64,000 nucleotides of DNA from Camelus dromedarius (GCF_036321535.1 NC_087436.1:18850001-18914000), one strand, 5' to 3'; positions 1-14,239 are shown, counted from the stretch's first letter. The notes: a model not told the origin generated them from the letters alone. Program-made: numbers and translations.

Positions 1-2600
1 AACTCCAGATTCATTAAATTATATGTTAAATATGTACAGGAAATAAATAGCAAATATTAGAGTGGAAATATAAATGAAATATAGACTAAGAAGACAATAG
101 AGAAGATCAATGAAACTAAGAGTTGGTTCTTTGAAAAGATAAACAAAATTAACAAGACTCACAGGAAGAAAGAGAGAGGACTCAAATAAATAAAATTAGA
201 AGTGAAAGAGATGTTACAACTTATACCACAGAAATACAAAGGATCATAAGAGACTACTATGAACAATTATATACCAACAAATTGGACAATCTAGAAGAAA
301 TGGATAAATTTCTAGAAACATACAACCTATCAAAACTGAATCCTGAGGAATTGAAAATCTGAATAGATTGATTACTAGTTAAGAGATTGAACCAGTAATC
401 AAAAACCTTCTAACAAACAAAGTCCAAGACCAGAGAGCTTCACTAGTGAATTCTACCAGACATTCAAAGAATAATTAATACCAATCCTTCTCAATCTCTT
501 CCAAAGTACAAAATGGAGGGAAATCTTCCAAACTCATTTTATGAGACCAGCATTACCTTGACAAGGACCCTACAAATAAATAGATAAATAAAATTACAAG
601 CCAATATCACCAAAGAGAATAGATGCAAAACCCTCAACAAAATATTAGCAAAACAAATTCAACAATATATTGATCATACAAATTATTAAGTAGGATTTAT
701 TCCAGGATTGCAAGAGTAGTTCAACATTCTCAGATCAATCTGATACACCACATTAACAAAATGAAGACTAAAATTCTTATGATCTTCTCAATAGATGCAT
801 AAAAAAGCATTTGACAAAATTCAACATCTATTTATGATAAAAACTCTCAATTGTGGGCAGAGAGGGTATGTACCTCAACATGATAAAGGCCAGCTATGAC
901 AAGCCCACAGCTAACATTGTACTCAATGGTGAAAAGTTGAAGCTTCTCTTAAGGTCAGGAACAAAACAAGTGTATCCATTATTGCCACTTTTATTCAGCA
1001 ATAATGAAAGTCCTAGCCAGAGTAATTAGTCAAGAAAAAGAAATAAAAAAAGAAGAAGTAAAGCTATCACTATTTGAAGATAATATTGTATCATATATAG
1101 AACACCCTAAAGACATCATCAAAAAAACTGTTAGAACTAATGAATTCAGTAAAGTTCCAGAATACAAAATCAATATATGAAAATCTATTGCATGTCTGTA
1201 CACTAATAACAAACTATCAGAAAGAGAATTTAAGAAGCAATTCCATTTGTAACTGCATCAAAAGACTATAATACCTGGAAATAAATTTAACCAAGGAGGT
1301 GAAAGACCTGTATATCGAAAACTGTAAGACAGTAATGAAAGGAACTGAAGACACAAATCAATGAAAAGATAGTCCATGCTTATTCATTGGAAGAATTGAT
1401 ATTGTTAAAATGTCTATAATACCCAAAGCAATCTACAGATTCAATGCAATCCGTGTCAAATTTCCAATAGCACTTTTCAAAGAAGCAGGAAAAATAATCC
1501 TAAAATTTGTATGAAACCACACTATTAGAATGGCTATTATCAAAAAGACAAGAAATAACAAGTGTTGGCAAGGATGTGAAGAAAAAGGAAGGCCTGGGTA
1601 CTGTTGATGGGAATCTAAATTGGCGTAAGCACTACAGAAAACAGTATGGAGGCTCTTCAAAAAAATTAAAAAAAAAATATAGCTACCATATGGTCCAGAA
1701 GTTCCTCTTATGAATATTTATCTAAAAAAATCCCCAAAACACTAACTTGAAGAGATATATGCACCCCAATGTTCATTGCAGCATTATTTATGATAACCAA
1801 GATATGGAAGCAACCTAAATGCACATTGATTGATGAATGGATAAAGAAATTGTGGTATAAACAGACATACCCCAGAGATAGTGCAGGTTTTGTTTCAGAC
1901 CACTGCAGTAAAACAAATAGCACAATAAAGCAAGTCATATGAATTTTTTGTTTCACAGTGCATATGAAATTATATTTATACTATACTGTAGTCTATTAAG
2001 TGTGCAATAGCATTGTCTAAAATAAAGTACATACCTTAATTTAAAAAATACTGCATTGCTAAAAAATGCCCAAACAATTATAAAAGTAATATCGAAGATT
2101 ACTGATCAGAGGTCACCATAACAAATATTATAATAATAATTAAAAAGTTCAAAACTATTGTGAAAATTACCCCCAAATGACACAGAGACATGAGGTGAGC
2201 AAATGCTGTTGGAAAAGTGACACTGATAGGCTTGCTTGACACAGGGTTCCTACAAACCTTTACTTTGTAAAAAACTCAATATCTGAGAAATGCAATAAAA
2301 GAAGATGTGCCTGGATATACAATGGAATATTATTCAGCTATAAAAAATAATGAAATCTTGACACCTACGACAGCAGAGACCTTGATGGAATTAGGCTGAA
2401 ATAAGTCAAACAGAGAAAGACAGGTACTGTATGATCTCTCTTAAATGTGGAATCTAAAAAAGAAAAAAAAAAAAAGAAAAAAGGAAAAAAAAGCTCATAG
2501 ATACAGAGAGAACAGATTGGTCATTGCCAGAGGCAGAAGATGGGGCGGGGGCTGGTGGGAGAAATGGGTCAAAGAGGTCAAAAGATAAAAAGAAAAGAAA
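1..2600 (+). mobile_element. Decayed LINE-1: ORF2 (RT region to C-terminus) and 3' UTR; runs off the window start, internal deletion near 1520, Tigger insert at 1862-2313
   Basis: Typical L1 ORF2 DNA motifs (GGTTCTTTGAAAAGATAAACAAAATT, GCATTTGACAAAATTCAACATC, CCCAAAGCAATCTACAGATTCAATGCAAT, CCAATGTTCATTGCAGCATTATTT). Many stops and frameshifts; A-rich strand. Confidence 0.95.
1862..2313. mobile_element. Internally deleted Tigger1-like (TcMar) DNA transposon nested in L1
   Basis: Ends CAGACATAC... and ...ATGTGCCTG are degenerate inverted termini. Contains the Tigger1 terminal sequence CTATACTGTAGTCTATTAAGTGTGCAATAGCATT. L1 resumes on both sides. Confidence 0.85.
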
Positions 2601-2847
2601 AATGTGAGTGGTGAAGATTTTCTTAGAGAGGTTTGTTGGTGGGTTATGCATTTCCTTTGCCTCCTCCCCTCTTTCCACTCTGCTGTTGTGTAGAGAAAGA
2701 AAGTGATTCTGTTCCTTCCCACCCTCCCCAAAACCCCCAAATCAAACCTAGGTCAGTCTAACTCCAAAGCCTGAATTAGAATTCATTCTATAATCTACAA
2801 CCTCTTAAAATAATCATTAAAATTCATGCTATCTGGACACAATACAT

Positions 2848-3000
2848 CTTTTTAAAATAGCCTTATTGAGATTTAACTCACATGCCATACAATTCATCTA
2901 TTTAAAGTGTACAATTCAATGGTGAGATATTGACAGGGTTGTGCCACCATCACCACAATCTAATTTTAGAACATTTCACCTCCAAAGAAGCCCCATATTC
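2848..3000 (-). mobile_element. Old L1 (L1M-type) 3' end fragment
   Basis: TTATTGAGATTTAACTCACATGCCATACAATTCATCTATTTAAAGTGTACAATTCAATGG is the reverse complement of an L1M 3' terminus. Confidence 0.75.
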
Positions 3001-3008
3001 ATAAGCAA

Positions 3009-3133
3009 TTTTTTTTCTTGGTGGGGGGAGTATCTAGGTTTGTTTGTTTGTTTATTTAATGGAGGTACTTGGGATTGAACCCAGGACCTCACGCATGCTA
3101 GGCATGCACTTTACCACTGAGATACCCACCCCC
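3009..3133 (-). mobile_element. tRNA-derived SINE, camelid Vic-1-like
   Basis: Minus strand: GGGGGTGGG head, A-box-like TATCTCAGTGG, B-box GGTTCAATCCC, (AAAC)n segment, A tail. Flanked by TSD TCATAAGCAATTTT (2999-3012) / TCATTAGCAATTTT (3135-3148). Confidence 0.85.
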
Positions 3134-6100
3134 ATCATTAGCAATTTTAAGTATCTCTTAATCCTATTCTGTGACAAATCATTGGCCCAGAATTGACTCT
3201 GAAAAGAAATATATAGTATTTATGGTGGATGTTGGGAAGAATAATATTAGGATGACTATTTTCTATATCATTAACACTCTACTCTCACCTGCCCTGGGCA
3301 TGCATCATAGGTCTCTTATTACTCTCCCAGAGAAAGAATATTAGTGGGACAGTTAAGTCCATATTATAACACTTTCTTAAACAACTCTTAGTGTAACACA
3401 TACTGTGGTGCCAGCAAGGTTAATCGAGGGTAATATGTCAGAGGAAGAGTGAGAAATAATAAACACATGAATGAATAAATGAGTAAACTACAGTCAATCA
3501 TACCTCAATAAAATTATTTAAAAATAGCGTAAGAATTAGAATTTTAGGTTCATTCCTTTTTTAAAAAAAAAAAAAAAAACCTGAGATTTGAATATGTTCA
3601 CTGCACTGAAAATGTTTCTTTCAGTTTTTCATTCCTGTCTCCTGACTTAATGTGGAAGTACCCTCATAAATATTTAGAGATAGATGCACACAAACTTTTA
3701 AAATGTTAACTTATAAATAAATGTATCCAAACTTATAAAAGCATGCATACTTCATGGAAGACTGTGTTAAGGCTATTTTCAATAATTCAGCTACTTCAAG
3801 GCAGCCATCTGACAGAACTCAGGTAAAAAATTTTTATTTTAAAATGGAAAATATGTTCATAGATTTCACTGTTGGTTTCATCCATGAAATTAAGTGGTAC
3901 CCAAAGCAATTCATACAGTGAGTCTTATGAAAAAATGTAATACACTCTTCCCTACATTTTAGTATCAATATTTATTTTCTCTTTTGGAATCTGTGTTCTA
4001 GGCGTGACTGGGTTATGTCTACTGCTAGCAAAGGCTTACATTTTCTGTCTATTAGTGAGAAACAATAGGCAGAGACAGTGGCAATGCTAATGGGAGCTGA
4101 GTCAGTATTTTATTAATCAATTGGATTAATTAACATTTATGAATATATAATAATTTTTGAAAACCATTTACAAGCTAAACTAGTAAGAAAGAATGAATAG
4201 GTTTTATTCAATGGAAACAAACTACCAAACCTATCCTGAGACTATTCCTTGGACTGTCTTCGAAGCACCTGACATTTGGCTGAAAGAAAGAGAAAAACAG
4301 TTGACTCCACTGAAACTTAAGTAAGGGTGAGGAGATAGAAAGACGACTACTGAGAGCAGAGTTTCTGCAGACTGATTAATGTCCTAAATTCTGTGGTAAA
4401 TACAGATGATACAGTCATAGATTTAGAGGTGTCTATTCTATTGTATGAAAAAGATTAGTGTCCTATTCCCAGACTCTGCAACATCTAAGACTTTCTTTTC
4501 ATTCAGACCTATTCCAGATAAGGGAAGTCTTAATGTTTTGAGTTTTGGGAAGATCCCAGTAATCTAAATTAGTCTGGCATATTCATGGTGTATAAAATTT
4601 GAAACCCAGCAAGTAAAGCCTCTAAAATCCCTGGCTTAGAGTAGGTTCTTCACTGGGAAGCACATCTTTTCCATCTGTTGCCTCTTTATGCACAAAGTTT
4701 GAGACTCATAAATAAAATGAGTTTTCCTCGAAGTTGTCTGAACTTATTTTCCTAGAATCAGGAATGAGATAATAGAGGTTTTCTCATTTGCTCTGTTGTT
4801 TTTTTCTGGACATGGAAGGCCGACAGAGCCTTTCGTAATTTGGGGGTTCAGATCAATTCAAACAGATTTGTCAAAAGGCTCCTCTTTTCTACTGTATGTA
4901 CAAGGTACTCTGCCAGGCATTCCTAATGCTTGTAGTCATGGGCAGAAACTCTTGGCCAAGATTCAAGATCTCCACAGCAACCTTCTGAATTGAGTTGAAA
5001 TTTTTTGTTAAATTTCAGCAGACATGCAAAATATTTATTCAGGAGGTTTCTCTCGTGTAGTTTTATTTTCTCATAGTTGTAATATTGTATGTTCTTGTTT
5101 TGGAATAACATGCCTTCAGTTCATGAGCTGAAGTTTTCTTCTGCACATACAATATTCATTCTTCTCTCTTAATGATCACAAGGCTTTGGTTGTCTTCAGA
5201 ATTTCTTGATTTGTATTTCTAGTTGCCATAATTGGGTTATTTTTCATTGTTACACTGGAATCAGAGGAAAATCCACATGCTGAGTGAGCCAAAGTATTCC
5301 AAACTGGGATACTTTATTTTACTTTTTAAAACTGAAGACTCCCCTCCTCTTTGGTTTTTGGTGCTCAATTGTTGTTCTGGGTTTTTTTTTTTAATTTTTT
5401 AAAAAATTTATTTTTTATACAATTTTGAAAGGTTACTTTCCATTTATAATTTTGATTGTTGATTATTATGACTGAGTTGTAAGGTCAGCCTGTAAGGTAT
5501 GGCTACAGAGCTAAATTCTATGCTTAAACATTCTGCAAAGTGCTTTGGGGATAGTAATTGAATCTACCCCATCATTGATGCATGTAAATCTCTGAGAAGA
5601 AGAGAACTCAGTGAATAATAAATACTAATACATATTAATCATTATTATTATAGAACCTCTTTCACTCTGTGGTTGATTATGGCCCTTGTAGGCATTTTCC
5701 TTGTCATAGAATGTAGACACCATCAAATGTAGGCATCTTGATTTTTTAACTAATGTATCTCAGACATTTTGCAAAATGCCTGAAAGGAAATAGGTGGTCA
5801 ATAATTTGTTAAATTAAAGAGTACTAGACTGGTTTCAACCAGGTTGCTGGTCTACCACCTAGCTATTGACATCAACTTGACCCCACTAGGTTTGCAAATA
5901 TGCTGGTGTGATCAAACATGCTCCAGGAAGATGCTGTAAATTCTCTTCTGTGTTCTGAGGAGCCATGATGACAGAAGGTGCCCATCTCCTTGACTAAAAA
6001 TCATGGTCAGGAGAGTTCCTGGACCCTTGCTTTTTGTGCAAAAAGCATGAAAACTCTACAGCTGATAGGATTTTTAGTGAAGCTTTCCATGTTGGCTTCT

Positions 6101-7849
6101 GTAGGCTACATTTTGTGCTCTTTGCTTCTGGGAACTTTGCATTATAGATACTGTCTTGGAAGGGAAGTTATAAACAAAAGGGAACACATTTTAATTCATT
6201 TTTAAAATTTATCATTTTTATAACAGATGGTAAAAACATAGAGATAACGACAAAATATTACAGAACTTAATATACCTGGAATCTATTCCAAGGCAATGGT
6301 GAGAGCCTTTATCTTTCTAATTATGGCAAATGAACAGAAATTAAAGTCATTTCAGGGCAGATTTGTTTTGCAATTTTAAGGTGAAACACTTTTCTGGTTC
6401 ATATACTGTATCCTTTCTTGTAGCCCCTCGGGAATTAGCTTGCTGAATATTGAGAGACTATCACAGCTAATTTGGCTTGGCTCATAAAAGTACAAATCTC
6501 CTATTTCCTTTGTGGTGCTTCACAGTAGAACATACTTCAGTTAGATGATGTTTTTTCAATTCTAGTTTTTTCAAAAGTTTCCAAATTCTTGTCACTCTTG
6601 AGATTTATGCTGCCTTTTAAGTCTAAGGATTTTTGGATTTGTTTAGTGTTCTAAATAAATCCTGGATTTATTTCATTTGACTTCTTATAATCCCCTATGA
6701 TTGTTTCTACTGTTGTATATTTACCAATTATTGTCCCTGTTTTAAAGTGAAGTTTTCATTTGTGACTCAGTAGGGTAAGTAACATTATTAATTTGCTTCA
6801 TTTATATTGTGTTGTGCACCTTGGCATATACTGTCCACTCCTTAAGTAATTTAATTCATGTTACTCACTAATTTTAATGTTCTTTGATCAGAATCATTAG
6901 GATTGGTAGTTTTCCCATTATAATCCATATTATTTCCTATCTTTTATTATCTCATGTTTCTATTGTTCTATTTTCTTATTGACTATGCCCCCATATTAGT
7001 AGTGATCACATTGTATTATCTTAATATACGTCTCACAGAGATTGTAAATTTCTTAAAATTATGAATCATGCCTTTTCAACTTTGTATCTCTAGCATATAG
7101 CTTATAGCAGGCACTTGGTATGTTTTTGTTGAATAAATAAACTAAAACACAGCAAGGTGCTATTTGTTATATAAGCCATAGGATCAACAGAGAAGTGTAG
7201 AGAAGAATAGCTACTACAAAAATATATGAACAGTGTGATATTTTTAAATATGAGGAGTATACACGTATGAAACTCATACCTCAGTGGGCCCTTGAAAACA
7301 AACTGGTCAGTCCTGCTTTCAAGAAGGACAAACGTAAATCTGATTTGAAATAGTGCTATTGTGAACCCTGAGGTTTCGTATATTAAACTACCTTATTGAT
7401 GAGACTAACTTAAACTGAGGTCCTTATAAAATTATATTATATATACTCTCTTAATTTTGGTTTGAGGTTAAGGCTTAGTTGTGGTTAAGAATATTGTATC
7501 TGTTGTATATTAACTCTGATTATGGTGAGGTCCTTGTATAGTTCCATTCAATGAAGCTATTCTGTATTCTTTCTTAATAAGCGTCCTGATCATTAAGAAA
7601 TACTATTTTTCAAAGAAAGGCTTATCAGGAAAATAAGCCCTGGATTATGAGGATCTGGACTTGTTCTTGTTGTGACAAGAATTACTTTTTCTGTGTAATG
7701 ATCTAGGGCACCTAAAATACCTCTTAAATGCATTTACAAAGTTATCTATAGTTTTTCAGGCCCTAAAGACTAAACAAGGGCCAGTTATTACAAATAAAAG
7801 TGAGTCAGCAGTTCCCACTTTCACCTGGGGAAGGAACAGGTGAACTTGA

Positions 7850-10430
7850 AAATAAATCAAGAAAATTACAGAAATTATTCAAACTGAATAATAGAAATTA
7901 CCCAAACTGAAATAGAAAGTGGGAAAAAAAGAATATTAAAAAAATAACATCCAAAAGTTGTGAGACAATAGTAAATGGTGTAATGTGTATATGTTGGAGT
8001 CTGAGAAGAAGATAAAGAGAAAATGAGGCAAAAGAAGTATTTGAAGAAATGAAGGTTGAGAATGGTCCCAAAACAATGGAAGATACCAAACCACAAATCC
8101 AAGAAACCCAGAGAACTTCAAGAAGGATAAATACTAAAAACGAAAACAACAACATCATCAACAAAATCCCAGATAAACAGAAAATTTGAAACATCATTGT
8201 AATCAAAGATAAAGAGGTAATGGTGAAGATATTAAAATAAAAAGATGTTTTACAACTTCAAATAATTAAAAAAAATTGTAGTAGGTTTCTTGTTAGAAAC
8301 CATAAAAGCCAGAAGACAATAAAGTGACACCTTTAAAGAACTGAAAGAAAAAAATCCGTCAACTCAGAATTTGATGCACAGTGAAAATATCTTTTAAATA
8401 CTTTTGCATATAAAAGTTTCCAACAAAAAAAAAAAAAAAAGAGAGAATCCATTGCCAGTAGAGCTACCCTATAAGAAATATTAAAGAAAGTTCTTCATGC
8501 AGGAGTAGGATATGTGGTGGAAACTTAGATTTAGCAAAAAAAAATGAAGAGCACTAATGATATTAAAAATAGAGACAAACAGGATACATTCTAAACTTAT
8601 TTTTAATCACTCTAAAATATGTTGACAATTTAAAGCAAATATAATGAAAATGTTTTGTTGGGTTTATAATTTATGCAAAAATAAAATGTAAGACAACAAA
8701 AGTGTAAATTAAAGGAGGGAGAAACTGGAAATACATGTTGTTCTTATACAATGTGTGAAGCAACAATATTATTTTAGACAGACTATGATAAATTAAAGAT
8801 GTATGGTGTCAAGTTGAGGGCAACCATTAAAAATTAAGAAGGTGGTGTAACAAATAAGCCAACTGTAGAGAAAAATTTAATAATAAAAAATCCTCAATTA
8901 TTCTAAATAATTACAAAAAAGGGAAAAAGGACATCTGGGAAATAGAAAATAACTAGAAAGGTGGTAGATTTAAATTCATCATATCAATAATTACCTTGAA
9001 AATTATCTAAATATGCTAATTAAAAGGCAGAGATTGTCAGGTGATGATAATACAAGAATTAATTATATACTGTCTATAAGAAACTACTTTAATATAAATA
9101 CATGGATCTGTTAAAAGCAAAATGATGGAAAAAGATAAACCATACTAACATAAATGAAAAGAAAGTGGAGTGACCACATTAAAATCAGAGAAAGTGGACT
9201 TCACCCAAGAAATATTATCCAGGATTAGGAGGAATAGTACTTATTGATAAAGATATCAATTCATAAAGAAGACACAACAATTTTAAATATGCATTTGAAG
9301 CACAGCAGGACTTCAGAATACACAAAACTGACAGAAATAGAAAAATCCATAATTACAGTTGGAGATGTCAACACCACTTCTCTCTTATTAATAAATAAAA
9401 CAAGTAGAGAGAGAATAACTAAGAATGCAGATGATATAAGCAATGCTAGCAACCAATATGACCTAACTGATATTTGACATTCATCAAAGTAGAACATATT
9501 CTGGGCCATAAAACAAATTTCAACAAATTTTAAAGAATTGAAATCTTGCAAAGAATGTTCTCTGACCACTCAAAAATTAAACTAGAAATCAATAACAGAA
9601 AGATGCCTGGAAAATTAAAAAATATGTGATTAAACAACATACTTCTACATAACCCATGAATCAAAGAGGAAGTCACAGGAGAAATTAGAAAATGCCTGGA
9701 ATAGAATGAATGAAAATATATTAAAAATTAAGAATGCACCTAAATGCATAAACTAATGAAAGAAAGTGAATGAAAGGAAATTTATAGCATTAACTTTTTA
9801 TATTAAAAACAAACTTTGCATCAATATTCAAAATTTTCATCTTCAGAAACTGGAAAAATAGCAAATTCAACCTAAAGCATGCAAATGAAACCTAGTCAGA
9901 TGAAAAAAGAAAAAGAAAAACAGGGAATGTGAGTAATAGGTAAGTTGATCTGAAGTCCAAAGAGATAACAATAAAAATCCCAACTAAGTTGTTAATTTTT
10001 TTGGAGGGAGAGGGAGAGAAGAAAGCCTGGAAAATTGACACTAAAATCTATATGGAAATTTATATGGAAAGGGCCTAGAATAGGCAAGACACCCTTAAAG
10101 AACAACAATCTAGAAGGACAGTCTCTGCTGGATATCAGGACATTACAAAAGCTGTATTAACTGAGTCAGTGTGAAATTGGTGCAAGAACTGAGAAATAGG
10201 CCAATAGAATAGAATTGTCAGACTAATGGCAATATGAGTATATGATGCAGTACCTTGATTTATGAAAGAGCTGCACTGTAACAACAGGGAAAAAACAGAT
10301 ATCCATAGTGCTAGGAAAAATTACACATTCATGCAAAAAAAAAGAGAATACACTGGACTCCCACTTCATACCATACACCTAACTAATTTTAGATCTACAT
10401 GTGAAAGGCAAAGCAATAAATCTTTTAGAA
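7850..10430 (+). mobile_element. Old, heavily decayed L1: ORF1 C-terminal part, inter-ORF region, ORF2 endonuclease and later ORF2 pieces
   Basis: ORF 9244-9477 has endonuclease-like residues (SIHKEDTTILNM...IITVGDVNT...DLTDI). ORF1-like DNA at 7900-8500; later ORF2 motifs at 10030-10430. Confidence 0.85.
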
Positions 10431-10489
10431 GCTAACGTCTGAGATTTCTTCTCTGGATAAGGAAGCAGCACTGAAAATCATTTCCTTGA

Positions 10490-11560
10490 GTTCTGTTAAG
10501 GGAGATACCACTTTGGTCTAGGTAATTTAAAAAAGCTTTTAGAAGAAGATCCAAATTGAACTGTGCCTTGAAGAATGAGTAGGATTTGAACAGGTACAGG
10601 GGAGGACATTCTAGGCACAAATGAAAAAACAGTTCTTGGAGAACAATGATTAGCCTGGTTTAGCTGGAAAGGAATGTCTTCTGTATTGAGAGGATGGGGA
10701 AGTTGCTACGGACCAAACAGTGGACTTCAAATACTAGATACAGGATGTTAGTATTTATCCCCTGAAGCAATGGAAGTGAAAATATGATGTGATAGAGGTG
10801 ATAATGTGTTGGCAGTACCCAATACAGATTGGAGTGAGGAAGTAAGAAGGATGCAAGTGGTATATCTAGCCCTGAAGTGGTAAGTTCAGAAGCCTTCCTT
10901 AGAAAGATAGAGATGAATGTGCCCAATATTGTGAAGAGATCATTAAATGTGGAGGTGAGTGAGGTGAGTCAAAGGTAACGAAGATTGTTAACTTGGAGTA
11001 ACTGGAGGAATGATGTGAAGGATGGTGGGAGATCTTTAGTAGCAAGAGGAACACAAGGGAGAAGTTTTGGAGAAAACAGTAACTTGGAGCAACTTAGTCC
11101 AAGTAGAAATGTTCAAGCAGCCATTAGACATGGAGAGTTGGAGCTCCTCAGGAGAGGAGATGTTTGTGTCTATGAATGAATCTAGTGATGCTTGAGGCTG
11201 AAGTTTTAGATGAGATTTTAGGATAAGAACTTAAAGAGAAGACTAGCGGGCTGAGGACTGAGTCTCTGGGAAGACCCACATTTAGGAGGTGGAAGGAAAA
11301 AAGGAGGCAGCAGGAGAATCTGGGACAAGGTGATTAGAAACATGTGAAGAGCCAGAAGAGGCTGGCTTTCAAGAAGAAGTGTTGTTAACAGATTGAGTTG
11401 CTATAAATTGGTTAAGAATGAAGGTAAGGCAGTTGCCTTTCGAGTTTGTGGTCAGGAGATCATGGATACCACCAGGAACACAGTCTCAGTGGAGTCGGGG
11501 AGGAAGTCAAATCCTTAGGGCCCCAGCACAGTGTATGTTCATTTCTGAACACTTTGAAGG
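10490..11560 (-). mobile_element. L2 LINE fragment(s)
   Basis: Purine-rich antisense L2 motifs (GAAGAATGAGTAGGATTTG, TTTATCCCCTGAAGCAATGGAAG, CTGAGGACTGAGTCTCTGGGAAGACCCACATTTAGG). Confidence 0.7.
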
Positions 11561-11662
11561 CAGGAGAAAATGGATTATAGAGAGAGGAAACAAAATATCA
11601 TTGATCAGGTGATTAATATAAATTTACTTCAAAGATGGAAGGGACTCAGAAATTACTTAGTT

Positions 11663-11900
11663 CAGAGATAGTTATTTGACAACTGCCTGGGAACAAAAAA
11701 ATTGAGTTAGGTGTGACTATTTAAAAATGAAAAGTTTTTTTTCATAAAAATCTCTGATTTCTAGCTTCTCTTGAAAAAATTTGAAATTTCACAACATTAG
11801 GCCTGTATTCCTACGTATCATTAATTAGCTGGAGTTGCGTAGCCACTTTCCCTTTGCAAGGGCAGGCAGTCTTCACTTAGCCATTGTCCCCATTCTGTAT
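11663..11900. mobile_element. hAT-Charlie relic (MER102-like)
   Basis: CATAAAAATCTCTGATTTCTAGCTTCTCTTGAAAAAAT...CAACATTAGGCCTGTATTCC resembles recalled MER102 consensus. Confidence 0.55.
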
Positions 11901-11959
11901 GGGTCTCGCCATTAGATGACCTGCTATATCCTCGTAGGTGTTTCAGTTGGCAATCCATA

Positions 11960-12105
11960 ATTAAGCCCAACTTCCTCATTCTATAGAAGAGAAGGAAGTC
12001 CAGCATGGAGGCATGACTTGTCCTAAAGTCACATATCTGGTCAGTGGGAGAGTCTGTTTTAGAGCCTGTATCTCTTGATTCTTATTTCAGTAAGACTCCT
12101 ACTCT
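11960..12105 (-). mobile_element. MIR SINE
   Basis: TGACTTGTCCTAAAGTCACATATCTGGTCAGTGG antisense MIR core. Confidence 0.65.
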
Positions 12106-13271
12106 GTTAACTCATTAAGTTTTTCTCTGGTTAGGTAGTCTCTTGAAGACTGGCCCATGGCAATTTCCACCCCCTTCCTAGCTTTTACTATTGCCAGATG
12201 GTACCTACATGATACGTTTGGCTCTGCCCCAACCAGGTTCTCAGTGCTTTTCATGTGGTCCAGATGGTGACCAAAGCTATTCCTCCTTGGATAAGAAGGA
12301 AACTCCATTGGTCACCAAGTCCGAGCTCACTCTTTCAGAACTTTGGCATAATATGAAGCACATAAATTCCCCATAAGGTTTCTTTTATGGAGATTTCTGA
12401 GGCCTCAGTGGAATGATGTTAAACAATGACTATCACGCGTTGCTTCCCAAAGTAGAAAATTAAACTCAGCTTGCTGAAATGAATACCAGATCACACTTGT
12501 CAAGTTTCTCCACCCCAGATCTACAGTTGGTCTTTTAAGAGAATTCAGATACTTTGTTTGGATTTATATTTTTTCTGCCTTAAGAAGACACTGTAAGATA
12601 ATGGTCTTTCTTACCTTCCTTCCTGATAGGAAAATTCATTAACCATTCAAAAGAGGCCAAATGCTATTTAAAAAAATACTGCACTGTTAATAAGAGCATA
12701 AACAGACTTTAACCCACTCAGAAAGGACCTTCTGAAAGCCTGGGATACAGCTGCGTTAATTTTTTTCTTTGTCCACACCTCCAGCCTTTGCCCCTCCACC
12801 ACCCAATATGAATAGACCTGGCTTAAAAACAGAGCAGCTTAATGATGTTTGGCTCATGGATTTAAGGTAGACAGTGTTAATCCTTAATGTTAAAGATACA
12901 GTGGCCCTGTGGAAATTTGGAAATTCTACTGTTTCAATGAAATATGACTTCTGAGATAAGAATCATATTTTAAAGTGTTCCTGACCAGCCAATTCTTTCC
13001 TGAACTCATCCCTTTCATGTAATGCCTTGCCAAATGCAGCCTGTATTAACCAGCACACAGTAGTGGTGTAACTGTTTTCCATCTTCTTCCTCTAGAGCTT
13101 CTGACTTAGGAGACTGCAGTACATCTATCACTGATAACAGTTTTACAGCTTTTATTCCCACTGCACAACTTAATGACCATATATCCAGCCAGTGGTAGCA
13201 GCTTCTTTGCTGCCTGATGCCCTGCCACATCTTTAAAATTTTGTGATGGTGCCCCCACTGCCAGGACCACT

Positions 13272-13607
13272 TTCTCAGTCAGCTTGGGCTAAGGTATGTT
13301 GCAGTAGTAAACAAGTTCTCAAATCTCAGAGCTTAGTCGCTACACAGATAAAAGTTTGTTTCTTTCTCAAATCACTGTCCAGTGCAGCTGCAGTTGCTTT
13401 CTTTCATCTTGTGATGTTGTCATCTGCAGTGCATCATCTCCATGGTTGCCTTTATACATGCTTTGCTTCCTTCTACATGCCATTGGCCAAAACCCAGTCA
13501 CTTGAACCTAACCCAACTATAGGGAACACTGGGAGTTTAACTCTTCCTTTTTTTTCTGATAAAAAGAAAATAGAATTGGTGAATATCTACCCAATCTTGC
13601 CATAACA
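13272..13607. mobile_element. Old MaLR LTR (MLT1J/K-like)
   Basis: TCAGTCAGCTTGGGCTAAGGTATGTTGCAGTAGTAAAC...CTCAAATCTCAG start, and CATGCCATTGGCCAAAACCCAGTCAC motif. Confidence 0.6.
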
Positions 13608-14239
13608 TGGACCTAAATGTATCATCGCTCTAAACTATGAATAGCTCTTTTGTTTTTTTAAACAAGTTTCTCTGGTCTCCTGACGTAGACTTTGGAGCTC
13701 TGTAGTTGAACAGTATGATTTGACCAAGGACGGTAGATCACTTAAGGAAAAATTTATGTTCATAGGGATCAGCCTCAAACATTATCTGTTTGTGCTAAGC
13801 ATCATTAAACAGGAAGACAAAACTATTTAAGTGTGTATATTAACTTGTTGGAAATCTGAGTGTTTGGTACAACAAGAATCAGTGTGTATGAATGTGTCTG
13901 AATATATCAGTGTGATTACTAACAAGTTATAATCTTTATCTTAGCCACATGTCTAATTTTCCAGTAGATTTCTACACAAAATGAAGAAGTTTTTTGAGTC
14001 ACTCATGAGTAAATAATTTGGCTACAGTATTAGATATATTCAAATGATGGCCTACTAAAGTCAATTGCCATATTGTTCTGTTCACCTGGGAGCTCAATTA
14101 TTATTGTGGATATTTTATTAGAATTAAGAATTTACATTTGGTGGGTTAATGGTCTGGATTAGTGACACAGGGAAGTGGTGCAATATAATTATAGAATAAT
14201 GGTCAATGAGGCAGGTAAGAAAATGCATGATCTTGGCCT

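Noticed and set aside
3061..3133. tRNA gene
   Set aside because: Has A and B boxes but continues into a SINE body and A tail, is flanked by a TSD, and lacks a proper acceptor stem.
6227..6298. Possible coding exon (TTTTATAACAG acceptor, GTGAGA donor)
   Set aside because: Stops in all three frames and no partner exons found.
12413..12478. C/D-box snoRNA (ATGATG...CTGA)
   Set aside because: Imperfect C box, no terminal stem and no recognisable guide sequence.
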